This document shows positions 1 to 10,368 of a DNA stretch of 64,000 nucleotides, in pieces. How positions within the stretch are numbered: position 1 is the stretch's first letter; the number at the start of each line of letters is the position of its first letter. The notes under the pieces were generated by a model. That model saw only the letters and a program-made list of their open reading frames with translations, was not told the DNA's origin and ran no database searches. The DNA is taken from NCBI GenBank assembly GCA_963803435.1, contig CAWDML010000001.1:3168001-3232000 (forward strand). The letters run 5' to 3'. The position numbers and the translations under genes are program-made. The stretch is from an uncultured delta proteobacterium. Its GTDB lineage: Bacteria; Myxococcota; Kuafuiibacteriia; Kuafuiibacteriales; Kuafuiibacteriaceae.

Positions 1-749
1 TTGGGACAGTTGGAGAGCGTCCAGCGCCCCATGTCGGCGCGGCCCACCTGCGAGGGATCCGGCGTGTAGCGCACCTTCACCATGATCGACTGGTTCTGGG
101 CCAGCTTCTCGCCGGCCGGGAGCAGCGAGCCGCCGGTCAGATCGGCGGGCAGATCGATGAGCTCGAAGCGGCCCATGCCACCCTCGTTCACGATCTGGGG
201 CCGTCCGTCGCTGCCCACCTTCGTGAAGACCTCGACCTCCACGCCCAGCCGGTTGGTGATGGTGACGTCCAGGGTTCGGCTCGAGCCCACCAGCACCTTG
301 CCGAAGTCGATCGGGTTGGGCATGACCTCCAGCCCCGTGTCGACCCCGCGGGCCCGGACCGCCACCGTACGGCTGGCCGGCGTCCCGGCGTCGCTCCAGA
401 CCATGCGGAAGCTGGCGTCGATCGGCTGCTCCATCGCCTCGAACGCCTGGAATGTCAGCGTCAGCGTCTTGGTTTGACCTGCTTGAAGGGAGAAGGAGGT
501 CTCGGAGAGCCGAAACTCGTAATCCGCCCCGGTGAAGCTGGTCTGCTCGATCTGCTCGACGGTGACCACGGCAGAGCCGACATTCTTGATGTCGATGGTA
601 ACGGGTTGGATGATCCCGATCTGAACGTCGCCGAAGTCGACGGTCTCGGGCGCGTCCAGCTCGCCCTTCACCCGGACGACGCCGCCGTCATCGCAAGCGA
701 ACAGACCGAGCGTGAAGAACACGGGGGCAGCACAGCGGAACACGCGCAT
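1..749 (-). CDS. Lipoprotein with repeated Ig-like (choice-of-anchor D / ASPM-SPD-2-Hydin-like) domains; runs off the window edge
   Basis: Translated by hand from ATG at 749: MRVFRCAAPVFFTLGLFAC|DDGG (lipobox), then repeated 'PETVDFGDVQIG...IKNVG' and 'PNPIDFGKVLVG...ITNRL' motifs. Absent from the ORF track because it has no stop in the window. Confidence 0.7.
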   Translation of the reverse strand, partial: MRVFRCAAPVFFTLGLFACDDGGVVRVKGELDAPETVDFGDVQIGIIQPVTIDIKNVGSAVVTVEQIEQTSFTGADYEFRLSETSFSLQAGQTKTLTLTFQAFEAMEQPIDASFRMVWSDAGTPASRTVAVRARGVDTGLEVMPNPIDFGKVLVGSSRTLDVTITNRLGVEVEVFTKVGSDGRPQIVNEGGMGRFELIDLPADLTGGSLLPAGEKLAQNQSIMVKVRYTPDPSQVGRADMGRWTLSNCP

Positions 750-897
750 CGTCGAACTCCCTCGAGTGTGGGCGGACCCGGCTCAGGTTCCCACACCCGG
801 ACGTCCGCACGAGGATGAACATCCAGCGGAGATGGGTCAACCGTCGCCTACGTTCTCGTACACCTGAACACTCGAAAAACGGGAGGCCGGCATCGGA

Positions 898-2529
898 TCA
901 TCGTCCGAGCCGAGGCCGCCCAGGTTCCGGTTCGGCGTGGCGGACCGTGGGCAACCGCGCCTCGTAGTCGAACGGTCGCTGATCCTCCTGGGCCCGATGG
1001 CACTCGGCGCAGACGCGCTCGGGGACCTGCGCCCCGTAGTCGAGCTTCACCTTCGGCTGGGCGACGTGGGCGCTGCCCGGTCCGTGGCACGATTCGCAAC
1101 CTACGTTGACGAAGCTCTCGAGCCCCAGCAGAGAGGTCGGACCGCCGCGGCGATCGAACCCGGTGACGTGGCAGGGGATGCAATCCAGGTTGCCGGTCTG
1201 GCGGGTGCGGACCATCGTGTCCCACGCCTTGGCGTGCTTGGTCTTTTCCCACTGCTGGTACATCGGCGCGTGACAGCGCTTGCAGGCGGCGCTGCCGGCG
1301 TAGCGGAGCTCGGCGCGATCCGGGGGTGGCTCACCGCTGTTCACGCGGATCAGTCGGTCCTGATACTGCTGGTAGAGCGCGAGCATCTCGGGATCGTCGG
1401 GCAGCGCCACGTCGAGACCGATCAGCTCGCCCGAGACCCGGTTCTTGCCGGCGAGCGACAGGTGATCGAGCTCTTCCTGCATCTTCGCGCGGCGGCTCTT
1501 CAAGCGCTGAACGGTGGCGCTGCGATCCGCCGCGATCTTCTCGGCGATCCCGGGATCCACGACGCCCGCGTCCTCGTTCTGGTAGGCCTCCAGGCGCTGA
1601 TCGATCGCGGCGATCGCCTCCCGCTGGGACTCGAGCGCGCCCACGTCCAAGAGACCGTGTGCGTCCTTCACCACCTCGAGGTCGACCGCGGCCAGCCACT
1701 TGCCTCGGGATCCCGGCGCGATCCACGCCGAGCGCCCGCCCGGCGCCAGCGTCAGGTTCCCCGACAGGCGATCGTGCGACACGATCGCGACGTCGACCAC
1801 GCCCGGCTCCAGCTTGCCCAGCAGCTCCAGCGCCGGTTGCTGCCCGAGGTGGAGCAGCGCGATCACGACCTCACCGCCGGCGGATCGGGCCGCGCGGGCC
1901 GCCGTATCGACGGCCTCGAAGAGCGGCTTGGTGGTCACGCGGTTCTGCTCGTAGACGACCTCGGCCTGGGCCTTCGCGCCCATCTCGGGGGAGACGCCGA
2001 CGATCCCGATCTTCATCCCGCCGCGCTCGACCACCGCGAACGCGTCGAACGGCGCCGAGCTGGTGCTGGCGTAGACGAGGTTGGCCGACAGCACCCTCAG
2101 CCCGCCCCGCTCGCCCAGCCGCTTCAGCTCCGGGATCCCGAGCGCGAGGTCCCGCTCACCGACCGCGATCGCGGCCAGGCTCATCTGCTTGGCGGCGTCC
2201 GCCAGGAACTCCGCGGTCGCGATCGATTGCGCGTGGTAGCGCGGAGAGATCGACCACTGGCGGAAGAACAGATCGCCGGCGTCGACGACGACCGCGCGCG
2301 CACCACTCCGCTCCTTCACCACCTTGGCCCGGCGCGCGATACCGCCCATCGGGTGGGCCTTGCATCCGCAGACGTCGGTGTCGCTGCCGACGTCGCCGGT
2401 CGCCAAGACGGTGAGCTTGCGCGCAGACCCCTGACCGGTGACGAGCGTCGAGGGGGCGTGGGGCTCGGCCGGACAGCCCAGCACGGAGAGGAGGAGGAGC
2501 GGGGGCAGCAGCAACCAGCTGCGAGGCAC
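898..2529 (-). CDS. Lipoprotein: 5'-nucleotidase/UshA-like metallophosphoesterase domain fused to a tetraheme cytochrome c (c554-like)
   Basis: GTG start overlaps the cpoB stop (TAGTG). Lipobox VLGC. Motifs TGDV..CGC..GGIARR, VDAGD, AVGERD. Four CxxCH motifs (CKRCH, CIPCH, CESCH, CAECH). Confidence 0.8.
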   Translation of the reverse strand: MPRSWLLLPPLLLLSVLGCPAEPHAPSTLVTGQGSARKLTVLATGDVGSDTDVCGCKAHPMGGIARRAKVVKERSGARAVVVDAGDLFFRQWSISPRYHAQSIATAEFLADAAKQMSLAAIAVGERDLALGIPELKRLGERGGLRVLSANLVYASTSSAPFDAFAVVERGGMKIGIVGVSPEMGAKAQAEVVYEQNRVTTKPLFEAVDTAARAARSAGGEVVIALLHLGQQPALELLGKLEPGVVDVAIVSHDRLSGNLTLAPGGRSAWIAPGSRGKWLAAVDLEVVKDAHGLLDVGALESQREAIAAIDQRLEAYQNEDAGVVDPGIAEKIAADRSATVQRLKSRRAKMQEELDHLSLAGKNRVSGELIGLDVALPDDPEMLALYQQYQDRLIRVNSGEPPPDRAELRYAGSAACKRCHAPMYQQWEKTKHAKAWDTMVRTRQTGNLDCIPCHVTGFDRRGGPTSLLGLESFVNVGCESCHGPGSAHVAQPKVKLDYGAQVPERVCAECHRAQEDQRPFDYEARLPTVRHAEPEPGRPRLGR

Positions 2530-3383
2530 TACTTGATGTCCTTCAAGCGTTTCTTTGCCTTGTCGGCGGCCTTCGACTTGGGATGCTTCTTCACCACCGT
2601 AGTGTAGAAGAGCTTGGCGTCGTTCGGGAGCTTGAGGTTCTCGAAGCAAACCCCGAGCTTGAAGAGGACGTCGGGGACGTAGTCGGACTTCGGATAGCTC
2701 TTCCGCACCTTGTTGAACTCGGCGGCGGCCTGCTGGAAGTTCGCCTCCGCCAGGTAGCTCTCGGCGATCCAGTACTGCGCTCCGTCGAGGGACCTCTTGA
2801 GGCGCTTGTCGCCCTCGGCCCGCAGCGAGAACTCGCGGAGGAGGTTGCGGGCGTCCTTCGCCTCGCTCTTGCCGATCATCCGCTCGACCTCATCGAAGAG
2901 CGCCGGCGGATCCGTGAAGAGCTGCTCGCGACGCTTGGCCTCCTCGATGGCCTTCTTCTTCTCCGCCTCGCTCTTGGCCTGGGTGATCTTCTGCTGCTCG
3001 GCGAGGCCCTGGAAGCGGACGTCGACGTCGCCCTGGACCTTGGCGAGCGCGGCCTCGATGTCGGAGACGCGCTCGCTGAAGGTCTCGACGTAGCCCTTCA
3101 TCCGGGCCACCTCCTGCAGCATCTCCTCCAGCTGCACGCCCAGATCGGCGTCGTTGCGCCGCGCGACCTTGGACAGCTCGGCCATCTCCTCGGTCATCGC
3201 CGAGATCTTCTTCGACTCATCCTTGTCGGAGTCTTGAAGCTGAGACACCGCCTGCTGCATCGCCGTCACCTGCGTCTGCAGCGCGTACACCTCGTTGTTG
3301 AGACGTTCGCCGTCCTCCTGCGAGTAGTACGCGCAGGACGCCGAGCACAGGATCGGCGCCCAGAGCAGCGACAGCTTTGGCAT
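2529..3383 (-). CDS. cpoB: Tol-Pal-associated coiled-coil/TPR protein CpoB (YbgF)
   Basis: Lipoprotein signal, coiled coil, TPR 'AQYWIAESY...YPKSDYVPDVLFKLG'; directly downstream of pal. Confidence 0.85.
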   Translation of the reverse strand: MPKLSLLWAPILCSASCAYYSQEDGERLNNEVYALQTQVTAMQQAVSQLQDSDKDESKKISAMTEEMAELSKVARRNDADLGVQLEEMLQEVARMKGYVETFSERVSDIEAALAKVQGDVDVRFQGLAEQQKITQAKSEAEKKKAIEEAKRREQLFTDPPALFDEVERMIGKSEAKDARNLLREFSLRAEGDKRLKRSLDGAQYWIAESYLAEANFQQAAAEFNKVRKSYPKSDYVPDVLFKLGVCFENLKLPNDAKLFYTTVVKKHPKSKAADKAKKRLKDIK

Positions 3384-3391
3384 GGTCGACC

Positions 3392-4150
3392 TCACTGCTC
3401 GATGAACTCGGCACGGCGGTTGGCCGCCCAGGCGTCCTCGTCGTGGCCGGGATCCTTGGGCTCGTTCTCGCCCTTGCTGAGGACCTCGAGCTTGTTCCCC
3501 GGAACACCGAGCCGCTCCAGATACTTCCTCACCTCGCGGGCGCGGCGATCACCGAGGGCCAGGTTGTACTCCTCGGTGCCGCGCTCGTCGGCGTGACCTT
3601 CGATCGTGATCCGGCCGCCCTTCGAGCGGAGGCACTCCGCGACCGACTGCAGCCCCTCCTTCACGCTCGAGCTCAGCGTGGCCTCGTTGAACGGGAAACG
3701 CACGGTCGGGTAGTCGCACATCGACCGCGACGCCGCGATGGCTTCGCCGCAGCGGCCGGAGATGCACGTCATCCCGCCCGCGCAGTCCGCATCCGAGTTG
3801 CAAGCCAGCTTGTCGATGCAGCGATTGTTCTGGCACTTCAGCCCCACGCCGCAGTCGCCGTCCTGCTCGCACTCAATCTGGCACTTGCCGGAGCGGCACA
3901 CCTTGTTGTCGGTGCAGTCGGTGTCGGTGGAGCACTCGGCCTTCGGCTCGCAGCGCCCGCCTTTGCACGTCATGCCGTCGCCGCAGTTCGAGTCGTCGCG
4001 GCACTGCTGACACATGCCCTCGACGCAGACCTCGTTGTGCTCGGCGCAGTGCTCATCCTTCTCGCATTTCGGGTACTTGGGAGCGCAGGAAACGCTCAAG
4101 AAGAGCGCGGAGAGGCCGGCGAGGAGAATCAGGGGCCTGAAGGCGTGCAT
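3392..4150 (-). CDS. pal: Peptidoglycan-associated lipoprotein (OmpA-C domain) with N-terminal Cys-rich repeats
   Basis: Lipobox SVSC, tandem 'C..D.DC....C..GRC' repeats, OmpA motif 'IEGHADERGTEEYNLALGDRRA...NRRAEF'. Confidence 0.9.
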   Translation of the reverse strand: MHAFRPLILLAGLSALFLSVSCAPKYPKCEKDEHCAEHNEVCVEGMCQQCRDDSNCGDGMTCKGGRCEPKAECSTDTDCTDNKVCRSGKCQIECEQDGDCGVGLKCQNNRCIDKLACNSDADCAGGMTCISGRCGEAIAASRSMCDYPTVRFPFNEATLSSSVKEGLQSVAECLRSKGGRITIEGHADERGTEEYNLALGDRRAREVRKYLERLGVPGNKLEVLSKGENEPKDPGHDEDAWAANRRAEFIEQ

Positions 4151-4209
4151 GCTGCGTCGCGTAGTCAAACCTGAGGATCGAGTCAAGATTCGAGCGATCG
4201 CTTCTGCAT

Positions 4210-5707
4210 TCAGAAAGTGTTTCGGAAGACCAGCAGCTTCCCCGACTTCCCCTTCCGCGCAAGATAGTAGACGAGCACGTCGGGCTTGGCGGCGCTTTTG
4301 GTGCTGGGATTCAACACCTCCGTGGTGTTGCTGCCCTCGGCCGCCAGGGTGATCGGCCCGTCGTCGTCGAAGGGTTCGCTCCCCCCCTTCTTCCCCCGGT
4401 GAAATGACATCTTCTCGCCCCCGTCCGAAAGGATCGCGTCCCGGACGCCGTCCCCGTCGAAGTCGTGGCCGAAGATGGGCGCGGATCCGCGGAGGGACGC
4501 GCCGACGGACAGGTCCAGGCCGAAGCGGGTGTCGAGGACCTGAATCGGCTTCGGATCGAAGAACTCCGGGGGCTTGGCCGCTCGCCGAATCCGTACGTCG
4601 AGGCCCAAGGACGAGGACAACATCGCGCTCGAGATGGTCACGATGGAAACCTCCGCGTGGGGATGAATCATCTCGATTCGGCCGTCGCCGTCGACATCGG
4701 CGAAGTGCGCCAGGGCCCCGAACCCTTCATCGCGGAAGACCTGGGCGGGCACAGGGTCGAAACCTCCGCCCTTGCGCCCGCGATGGATCCGCACCTCCGA
4801 GGAGAGGGTGGTGATGCCGCCGCCGATCTTGGTGATCGCCATATCGGCGATGCCGTCGGCGTCGAGGTCCAGGATCTGAGACGAGACCCCGGTGTCCCGG
4901 TTCTCCAGCTCCTCGTCCGTCAGCGCCTTCAGCCACTGCCGGTGCGTGGGTGTAGGCGAGATTCGTGCCGTCTTCCAGCTGTGGATAGACCGCCACCCGG
5001 TCGTCGTAGCTGGTGACGAGATCGACCTTGCCGTCGCCGGTCTGCTCCACGAAGTCGAGGGTCGGCACCACGGTCGTGACGCGGATGGAGTATGGGCGGC
5101 CGGTGCTGCCGCCCTGGGCCGAGGAGCGGCGGAAGGTCGCGGTCTCGGTGTCATAGAAGCTGTACTGATCGATCTCGACGGCGCACCAGCGCTTCCAGAC
5201 CTGACCCTCGCGCCGGAAGAGGTGGAGCTTGGTGCGGGCGGGCATCACGATCAACGGCCCGAGCCCGGGGACATCGCGGAGAAAGTCCCAAGCCGGGAAG
5301 TCCTCCTCCTCGGGCGCGCTGACCAGCGTCGAGGCGCTCAGCAGCCGCGTCGGCGGCGTCGGCTTGCGATGCACGAAGGTCTGCGCGAAGACGCCGCCCG
5401 GGGTCACGTAGAGGATCTCGTCGACGCCGTCGCCGTTCGAGTCGCCGATGTCGAACATGCCCGCCGTCTTCAGCGGCGCGAAGGCGACGTCCGGGCGCGG
5501 CCCATAGCCCTCCGGACCGCGGAAGAAGATCGCGAGGTAGCGCTCCGCCTTGGGACCGGAGCCGCGCTTGTAGCTCACGATCAGATCCGTGAGCGTGTCG
5601 CCGTCGAGATCGCCGGTGGCGACCCACAACGTCATGCCTGGCACCTCGAGCTCCTGCTTGGTGAACCCGGACATCATGAGCAGGGGAAAAATCAGCTGCA
5701 AGCTCAC
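4210..5707 (-). CDS. FG-GAP/VCBS-repeat secreted protein; one apparent +1 frameshift at ~4962
   Basis: Repeated DLDGD/DVDGDG/DFDGDG motifs split over ORFs 4727..6445 and 4210..5154. Removing one T from GATTC (4960-4964) joins them. GTG start overlaps the upstream stop. Confidence 0.75.
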
Positions 5708-7032
5708 TTGCTCAACTCCAGCACGGGCAACGTCACGCTGGACGTCAATGTTCCCGGAACGGCCGTCGATGTGAAAGTGGCGCGAAGCACCACGAACAAA
5801 CCCCGCGGGCCGCTCGGCCGCGCCACCTCGCGGATCAGATGGCCCCGATCGGCGGCGGTCAGCTCCGCGCTCGGTCCTCCGGGCAGGAACAGCCAGGGAT
5901 CGCTGGCGCTGAAGTCCACCGTGCCGCTCGCGCCCGCCGCGAACAGACTGCGACCGTCGATCAGCTCCACCGAGAGCCTCGCACCCCCGATCAGGTCGTC
6001 CGGTCCGCCGAGCAGCGCCAGCGCGAGCCGCGACGGCGGACCGGGCTCGACGCCGGGCGCCAGCACGTTGGCGCGCAGGACGTCGCGGAGCGTGCGCGAT
6101 CGGTCGGGTCGATCCTCGATGGTGGCCTCCGCGGAGATCGAGAGGCGAGCGAGGCTGCCGATCGACAACGGCGGCGTGATCGCCGGGAGCGACGAGGCGA
6201 CGAAGTGCCCGTTCGGGATCAGCCCCTCGGGCACCGTCGTCAGGTCGATCTCGACGTCGGCGCTGGAGTGGGCCTGCTGGCCGGCCGCATCGAAGGCGTC
6301 GATCCGCACGCGGAAGGCTGCGGTGCTGGAGGTGGCGATCGGCGGCGCGATGCGGTCGCCCATGAGATTGGCCAGTGCGACCTCGATCGTCCGAACGGCC
6401 TCGGGCGGCGGCACCGGTGAGCTCGGCTCGATCCGAACCTGGCATACCGACTCGACCCGGCGCGCCACGTAGAGGCCCTCGCCGCCGATGATCGCGGCCG
6501 CATCCTGGTCCGCCTCGGCGACGCTGACGCGGTAGCGCCCGGTGCGAAGGGCCAGCACCCGATCCTGCCCCGGAGCGAGCAGGAGATCGTGCGGGGGCTC
6601 GCCGGTCTCGGAGGAGAGCCGAGCGTGCACCACCCGATCGAGCCCGGGCGAGAAAACCGGCGAGATGGTGAGCGCGCCGGCGGGATGCGCGGTGATCGGC
6701 AGGACGATCTTCTCCCGGCCCAGCGGGATCCGCTTCAGCACGCGCCCGACCCAGCCCGGCATCTTTCCGCCCAGCCGCTCGGGCCCCGGCTGGACGGTCC
6801 GCGCCAGGACCGAAAACTCGAGCGGACGCTCGGCGGGCACGCCCAGCTCCACGGCGGTGGCGGGCGGGGAGACCGTTGCGCTCGCCACCACCATTTGCCG
6901 ATCCGTGTCGGTCACCCAGACCGCGACGGTGGTGACGTCGTCGGGGATCAGCGGCAGCTCGACCTGCGCGATCGACCAGGGCTCGGCGCCGCAGCCGGCT
7001 GCGAGAAGCACCAGGGCGAGCTCACTCCTCAC
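5704..7032 (-). CDS. Hypothetical lipoprotein
   Basis: GTG start, VRSELALVLLAAG|C lipobox, beta-rich sequence; translationally coupled to both neighbours. Confidence 0.65.
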   Translation of the reverse strand: MRSELALVLLAAGCGAEPWSIAQVELPLIPDDVTTVAVWVTDTDRQMVVASATVSPPATAVELGVPAERPLEFSVLARTVQPGPERLGGKMPGWVGRVLKRIPLGREKIVLPITAHPAGALTISPVFSPGLDRVVHARLSSETGEPPHDLLLAPGQDRVLALRTGRYRVSVAEADQDAAAIIGGEGLYVARRVESVCQVRIEPSSPVPPPEAVRTIEVALANLMGDRIAPPIATSSTAAFRVRIDAFDAAGQQAHSSADVEIDLTTVPEGLIPNGHFVASSLPAITPPLSIGSLARLSISAEATIEDRPDRSRTLRDVLRANVLAPGVEPGPPSRLALALLGGPDDLIGGARLSVELIDGRSLFAAGASGTVDFSASDPWLFLPGGPSAELTAADRGHLIREVARPSGPRGLFVVLRATFTSTAVPGTLTSSVTLPVLELSK

Positions 7033-7817
7033 CGAACTCGACCTCCACCCGGACGTTCGGCCCCTTCGGCGGTACCTCGGCCTCGAAGAAGGGTGGCGGC
7101 CGCAGTCCATCCTCGATCAGCCCCTCGTAGGCCCCGCGCTCGGCGCCGCCCAGCTCGCTCGCCGAGCGGACCTGCTGCTCGACGCCTCGGGCCGGACGCG
7201 CCTCGAGGTCGGCCTCCAGGGAGCGAGAGAGCAGGAAGCCCTCGATCCCCAGCGGATCGTTCAGCGCGCGGCGCGCCTCGATCGTCACCAGCTCCTGGGT
7301 CCCGCGACCGCCGGCCCGCGCCGGCGGGATCCCGGCCACACCCGGCAGCACCCGCACGGTCTGGCCCTCCTCGACCTCCTGGCGCGCGCCCTGTCGATCG
7401 GAGAGCGAGGCCCGACCCGCCCGCACCACCAGCGCCGTCCCGCCGCCGTTCGTGCGCTCGACGATCGCCGAAGAGCGAGGCTCGAGCTCGGCCCGATGGC
7501 GAACCGTGTTGATCGCAAGCCTGCCTGCACCGACCTGCACCCAGAATCCGACCCGAGAGGAGCCGCACCTCTCCGTCGAGGAACAGGGCCCGCGTGGACG
7601 AGGACATCCGGAGCCGCCCCACGCGGGGAAGGTGAACCTCCGCGAAGCCGTCGGCGCCCGTGTCGACGCCCGCACCCTCGAGGACGAGCGTACCGCTGTG
7701 CGCCGGAAGACCGCGCTGCGCGCCCGTGCTGGTCACGGTCACCGCGCCCCGCGCCATCCGCACGATGGCGGGCGACTGGGGCAGGAGCATCGCGAGAGCC
7801 AGCACCGCCGGGATCAC
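7022..7817 (-). CDS. FecR-domain secreted protein; one apparent +1 frameshift at ~7546
   Basis: 'GVDTGADGFAEVHL...LRMSSSTR...LLSGRIWV' FecR-like pattern. Removing one base from GAATC (7544-7548) joins ORFs 7029..7817 and 7022..7675. Confidence 0.7.
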
Positions 7818-9325
7818 CAGGTGGCCTCCAGTCCCATCGACAGCACGTTTTCGCTGTACGAGTGGAGCGTGCGCGCGTCGTCGTTGATGAACGCGTCCTC
7901 CATGACGAAGTCGAGGTGATCGTAGAGCGGGACGCGGGCCCCCAGCTCGGCGACGGTGCGGATCTCGGTGCGGGTCGACGCAGGCCCGATGATCGATCGG
8001 TCGCCGACGGGACCGTAGTCACGGACCGTGACGGCGATGCCCGTGAACAGCTCGACGCCGCCGAACAGGCGCGCCTCCACGCGTCCGGCCACCGCGCCGC
8101 CGAGGTTGTCGAAGGCATCGCCCTTCGCGTCGTCGTGGAGGAACATCGCCTCGAGCATCCCGCTCAACCAGTCGGTGTCGAAGAGCGCGCTGAAGGCCAC
8201 GCGTTGACCCACGCGATCGCGGTTGACGGAGCTGACGATCCCGCTCGGCGGGCTCACGTCGATGAAGTCGGTGGCAATGCCGTAGAAGGCGAGGCGCACC
8301 CGCAGCGGCGCCAGCACCTGGAGCGTGAGGTCGGGGCCGCCCTCGATCGAGGCCGCGTAGTGATCGCGGAAGAGGCGCGCGAACACGTCGACGTAGCGGA
8401 GACCCAGGCCCACCACCGCGGAGTTGGGGTGACGGCTGATCGCGAGATCCACCCGCGTGGAGGCGCCGAAGGCGGTGAGATCGAGGCGATCGTAGAGCTC
8501 GCGCTCCGTGGCGAAGACGTGCTGATCGACCCGGAGCGCGCCGGAGAAGAGCGCCCGCCCGATCGGGATCTCGAGCGCACCCTCCCCGGCGAAGGCGACC
8601 CGCAGCGCGCCGGTGCGATCGGGCGCGCCGCTGGCGAGGTAGGCCGGGTTGGTGGCGTAGTCGACGCCAGCCCGCAGCCTCAGCCGGTGCCGGATCGCGC
8701 CGGCGTCGGACAGTCGCCCGCCCAGCTCGCGCGAGGCCCGGATCAGCGGCAGCGACTCGGCGTGGAGCGCTTGCTGCTCGGCGACCAGATCGAGACGGCG
8801 CGCGCTGGCGACGTCGCCGCGGGCGCCCTCGTGCGCCGCCAGCACCAGCGACACCAGCGCGCCGCGATCGCTCTCCTCGTCCACCAGCGGTACCAGCCGA
8901 TAGGCGGCGCGCGGATCCTCGAGCACTGCGCCGATCAGGTTCGACTCCATGGAGCCGATCGCACCGGCCTCCTCGACCGCGGCGTCGACCTCACCCAGCT
9001 GCGCCAGGACCATCGCCCGGAGCTCGCGCGCCTCCGGATCGGGATCGCCGAGGGCCAGCGCCCGATCGATCGCGGACAGCGCGGCCGCGGGAGCGCCCGA
9101 ACGCATTCGGGCCGCCGCCAGGTCGCGCGCGATCACGAAGTCGTCGGGGAGGAGGGCCTGGGCCGCGTCGAGACAGCCGGCGGCGCGCGCGGGCTGCCGC
9201 TCGGCGAGGAGCTCCGCACCCCGCGCTCCCAGCAGGAGGCCGCGCACCTCGGCGGTGGCGGCGGCGGGAACCTCGCAACCGTCGACCTGCCCCGCGAGCA
9301 GAAGCATGACGAAGAGCGAGCTCAT
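7814..9325 (-). CDS. TPR plus C-terminal outer-membrane beta-barrel protein
   Basis: Signal peptide, Ala-rich TPR helices, alternating beta-strand pattern, terminal aromatic residue (SMGLEATW). Confidence 0.65.
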   Translation of the reverse strand: MSSLFVMLLLAGQVDGCEVPAAATAEVRGLLLGARGAELLAERQPARAAGCLDAAQALLPDDFVIARDLAAARMRSGAPAAALSAIDRALALGDPDPEARELRAMVLAQLGEVDAAVEEAGAIGSMESNLIGAVLEDPRAAYRLVPLVDEESDRGALVSLVLAAHEGARGDVASARRLDLVAEQQALHAESLPLIRASRELGGRLSDAGAIRHRLRLRAGVDYATNPAYLASGAPDRTGALRVAFAGEGALEIPIGRALFSGALRVDQHVFATERELYDRLDLTAFGASTRVDLAISRHPNSAVVGLGLRYVDVFARLFRDHYAASIEGGPDLTLQVLAPLRVRLAFYGIATDFIDVSPPSGIVSSVNRDRVGQRVAFSALFDTDWLSGMLEAMFLHDDAKGDAFDNLGGAVAGRVEARLFGGVELFTGIAVTVRDYGPVGDRSIIGPASTRTEIRTVAELGARVPLYDHLDFVMEDAFINDDARTLHSYSENVLSMGLEATW

Positions 9326-9334
9326 CGGATCGGG

Positions 9335-9817
9335 CTACCGCTCCGCGAGGTCGCGCTCCGTGTCGCGCTGCTCGTCTCGCGTCTTGATCGACGCTCGCTT
9401 GTCGTGGACCGCCTTGCCCTTGCCCAGCCCCAGGAGGACCTTGGCCCGGCCCTCGTGGAAGTACACCTCGAGCGGGATGAGCGTGTACCCGCGCTCGCGT
9501 GTCTTGGCGTCGAGCTTCTCGATCTCCTTCTTGTGGAGCAGCAGCTTTCGCCTGCGCACGGGATCGTGGTTGAACACGCCTCCGTGGCTGTACTCGCCGA
9601 TGTGCGCGTGGATCAGCCACGCCTCTTTGCCCTCGATCTTGGCGTAGGCATCGACGAGCTGGAGCAGACCCGCCCGCAAGCTCTTCACCTCGGTGCCCTG
9701 GAGGACCAGGCCGGCCTCGAGGGTCTCGAAGATCTGGTAGTTGAAGTACGCCTTCTTGTTCTTGGCGACGACCTTGGTGCCGGCGGGGCTCTTTTGCTTG
9801 TCCTTCCCCCGGCTCAC
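9335..9817 (-). CDS. smpB: SsrA-binding protein SmpB
   Basis: 'NKKAYFNYQIFETLEAGLVLQGTEVKSLR...RKLLLHKKEI...GKGK..HDKR'; GTG start at 9817. Confidence 0.97.
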   Translation of the reverse strand: MSRGKDKQKSPAGTKVVAKNKKAYFNYQIFETLEAGLVLQGTEVKSLRAGLLQLVDAYAKIEGKEAWLIHAHIGEYSHGGVFNHDPVRRRKLLLHKKEIEKLDAKTRERGYTLIPLEVYFHEGRAKVLLGLGKGKAVHDKRASIKTRDEQRDTERDLAER

Positions 9818-10368
9818 GGCCGCGGGAGCATACGGGCCCGACCGGGCCGAGTCGACCCCTCGGTCTCTCCGTCGAGATCGATCCCCGCTTCGGCCGCCAC
9901 CCGGGCGATCTCTCGGTGCAGCTCGATCAGGATCCGGTGGTCGTCCTTGCTCTTCGACAGCTTCTCGAGGTCGGTTTTGGAGAGCGTGCGGAGAGCTTGC
10001 GTGAGCGCCTTCATCTTCGTCCTCATGGCCCCCAGGCCGGTGCGGAGGCTCCAGGCCTTCTCGTGGGCGTAGTACAGGATCATCTTGTTGAAGATCTCGA
10101 TGCCCGCGATGCTGAGACCCGCCAGCGGCTCGCCGGTGACGACCCAGCCGATCAGCGCGGTGTCCGTCGAGGCGGTGACGCGCCAGGTGAGCGTCTTGTG
10201 CAGCGCTTGATCGGAGGCGAGCCGCACGGCCGCGTTCCGGATCCCCGCCCAACCGTCCCGGAACCACTCCGGCAGCCGGCGCGTCTGCTGCGCCTCGACC
10301 GCTGCCGGGGCCGCGTCACCGCCGCGGATGACGGCAAACCCCCGGCGTCTTTGGGCGTGCGACACCAC
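9814..10368 (-). CDS. DUF2061-like membrane protein
   Basis: 'KTLTWRVTASTDT.LIGWVVTG...IAGIEIFNKMILYYAHEKAW' matches the DUF2061 pattern; start codon uncertain. Confidence 0.75.
   Translation of the reverse strand: MVSHAQRRRGFAVIRGGDAAPAAVEAQQTRRLPEWFRDGWAGIRNAAVRLASDQALHKTLTWRVTASTDTALIGWVVTGEPLAGLSIAGIEIFNKMILYYAHEKAWSLRTGLGAMRTKMKALTQALRTLSKTDLEKLSKSKDDHRILIELHREIARVAAEAGIDLDGETEGSTRPGRARMLPRP

Noticed and set aside
2362-2370. Possible selenocysteine (CxU) in the UshA-like cytochrome
   Set aside because: The codons are TGC GGA TGC (Cys-Gly-Cys); there is no in-frame TGA.
6542-10072. 1176-aa plus-strand ORF, and similar long ORFs such as 13076..16633, 24208..26667, 28052..30286 and 50984..52522
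   Set aside because: Antisense shadows of real genes. High GC suppresses stop codons, and the translations are Arg/Gly-rich with no motifs.
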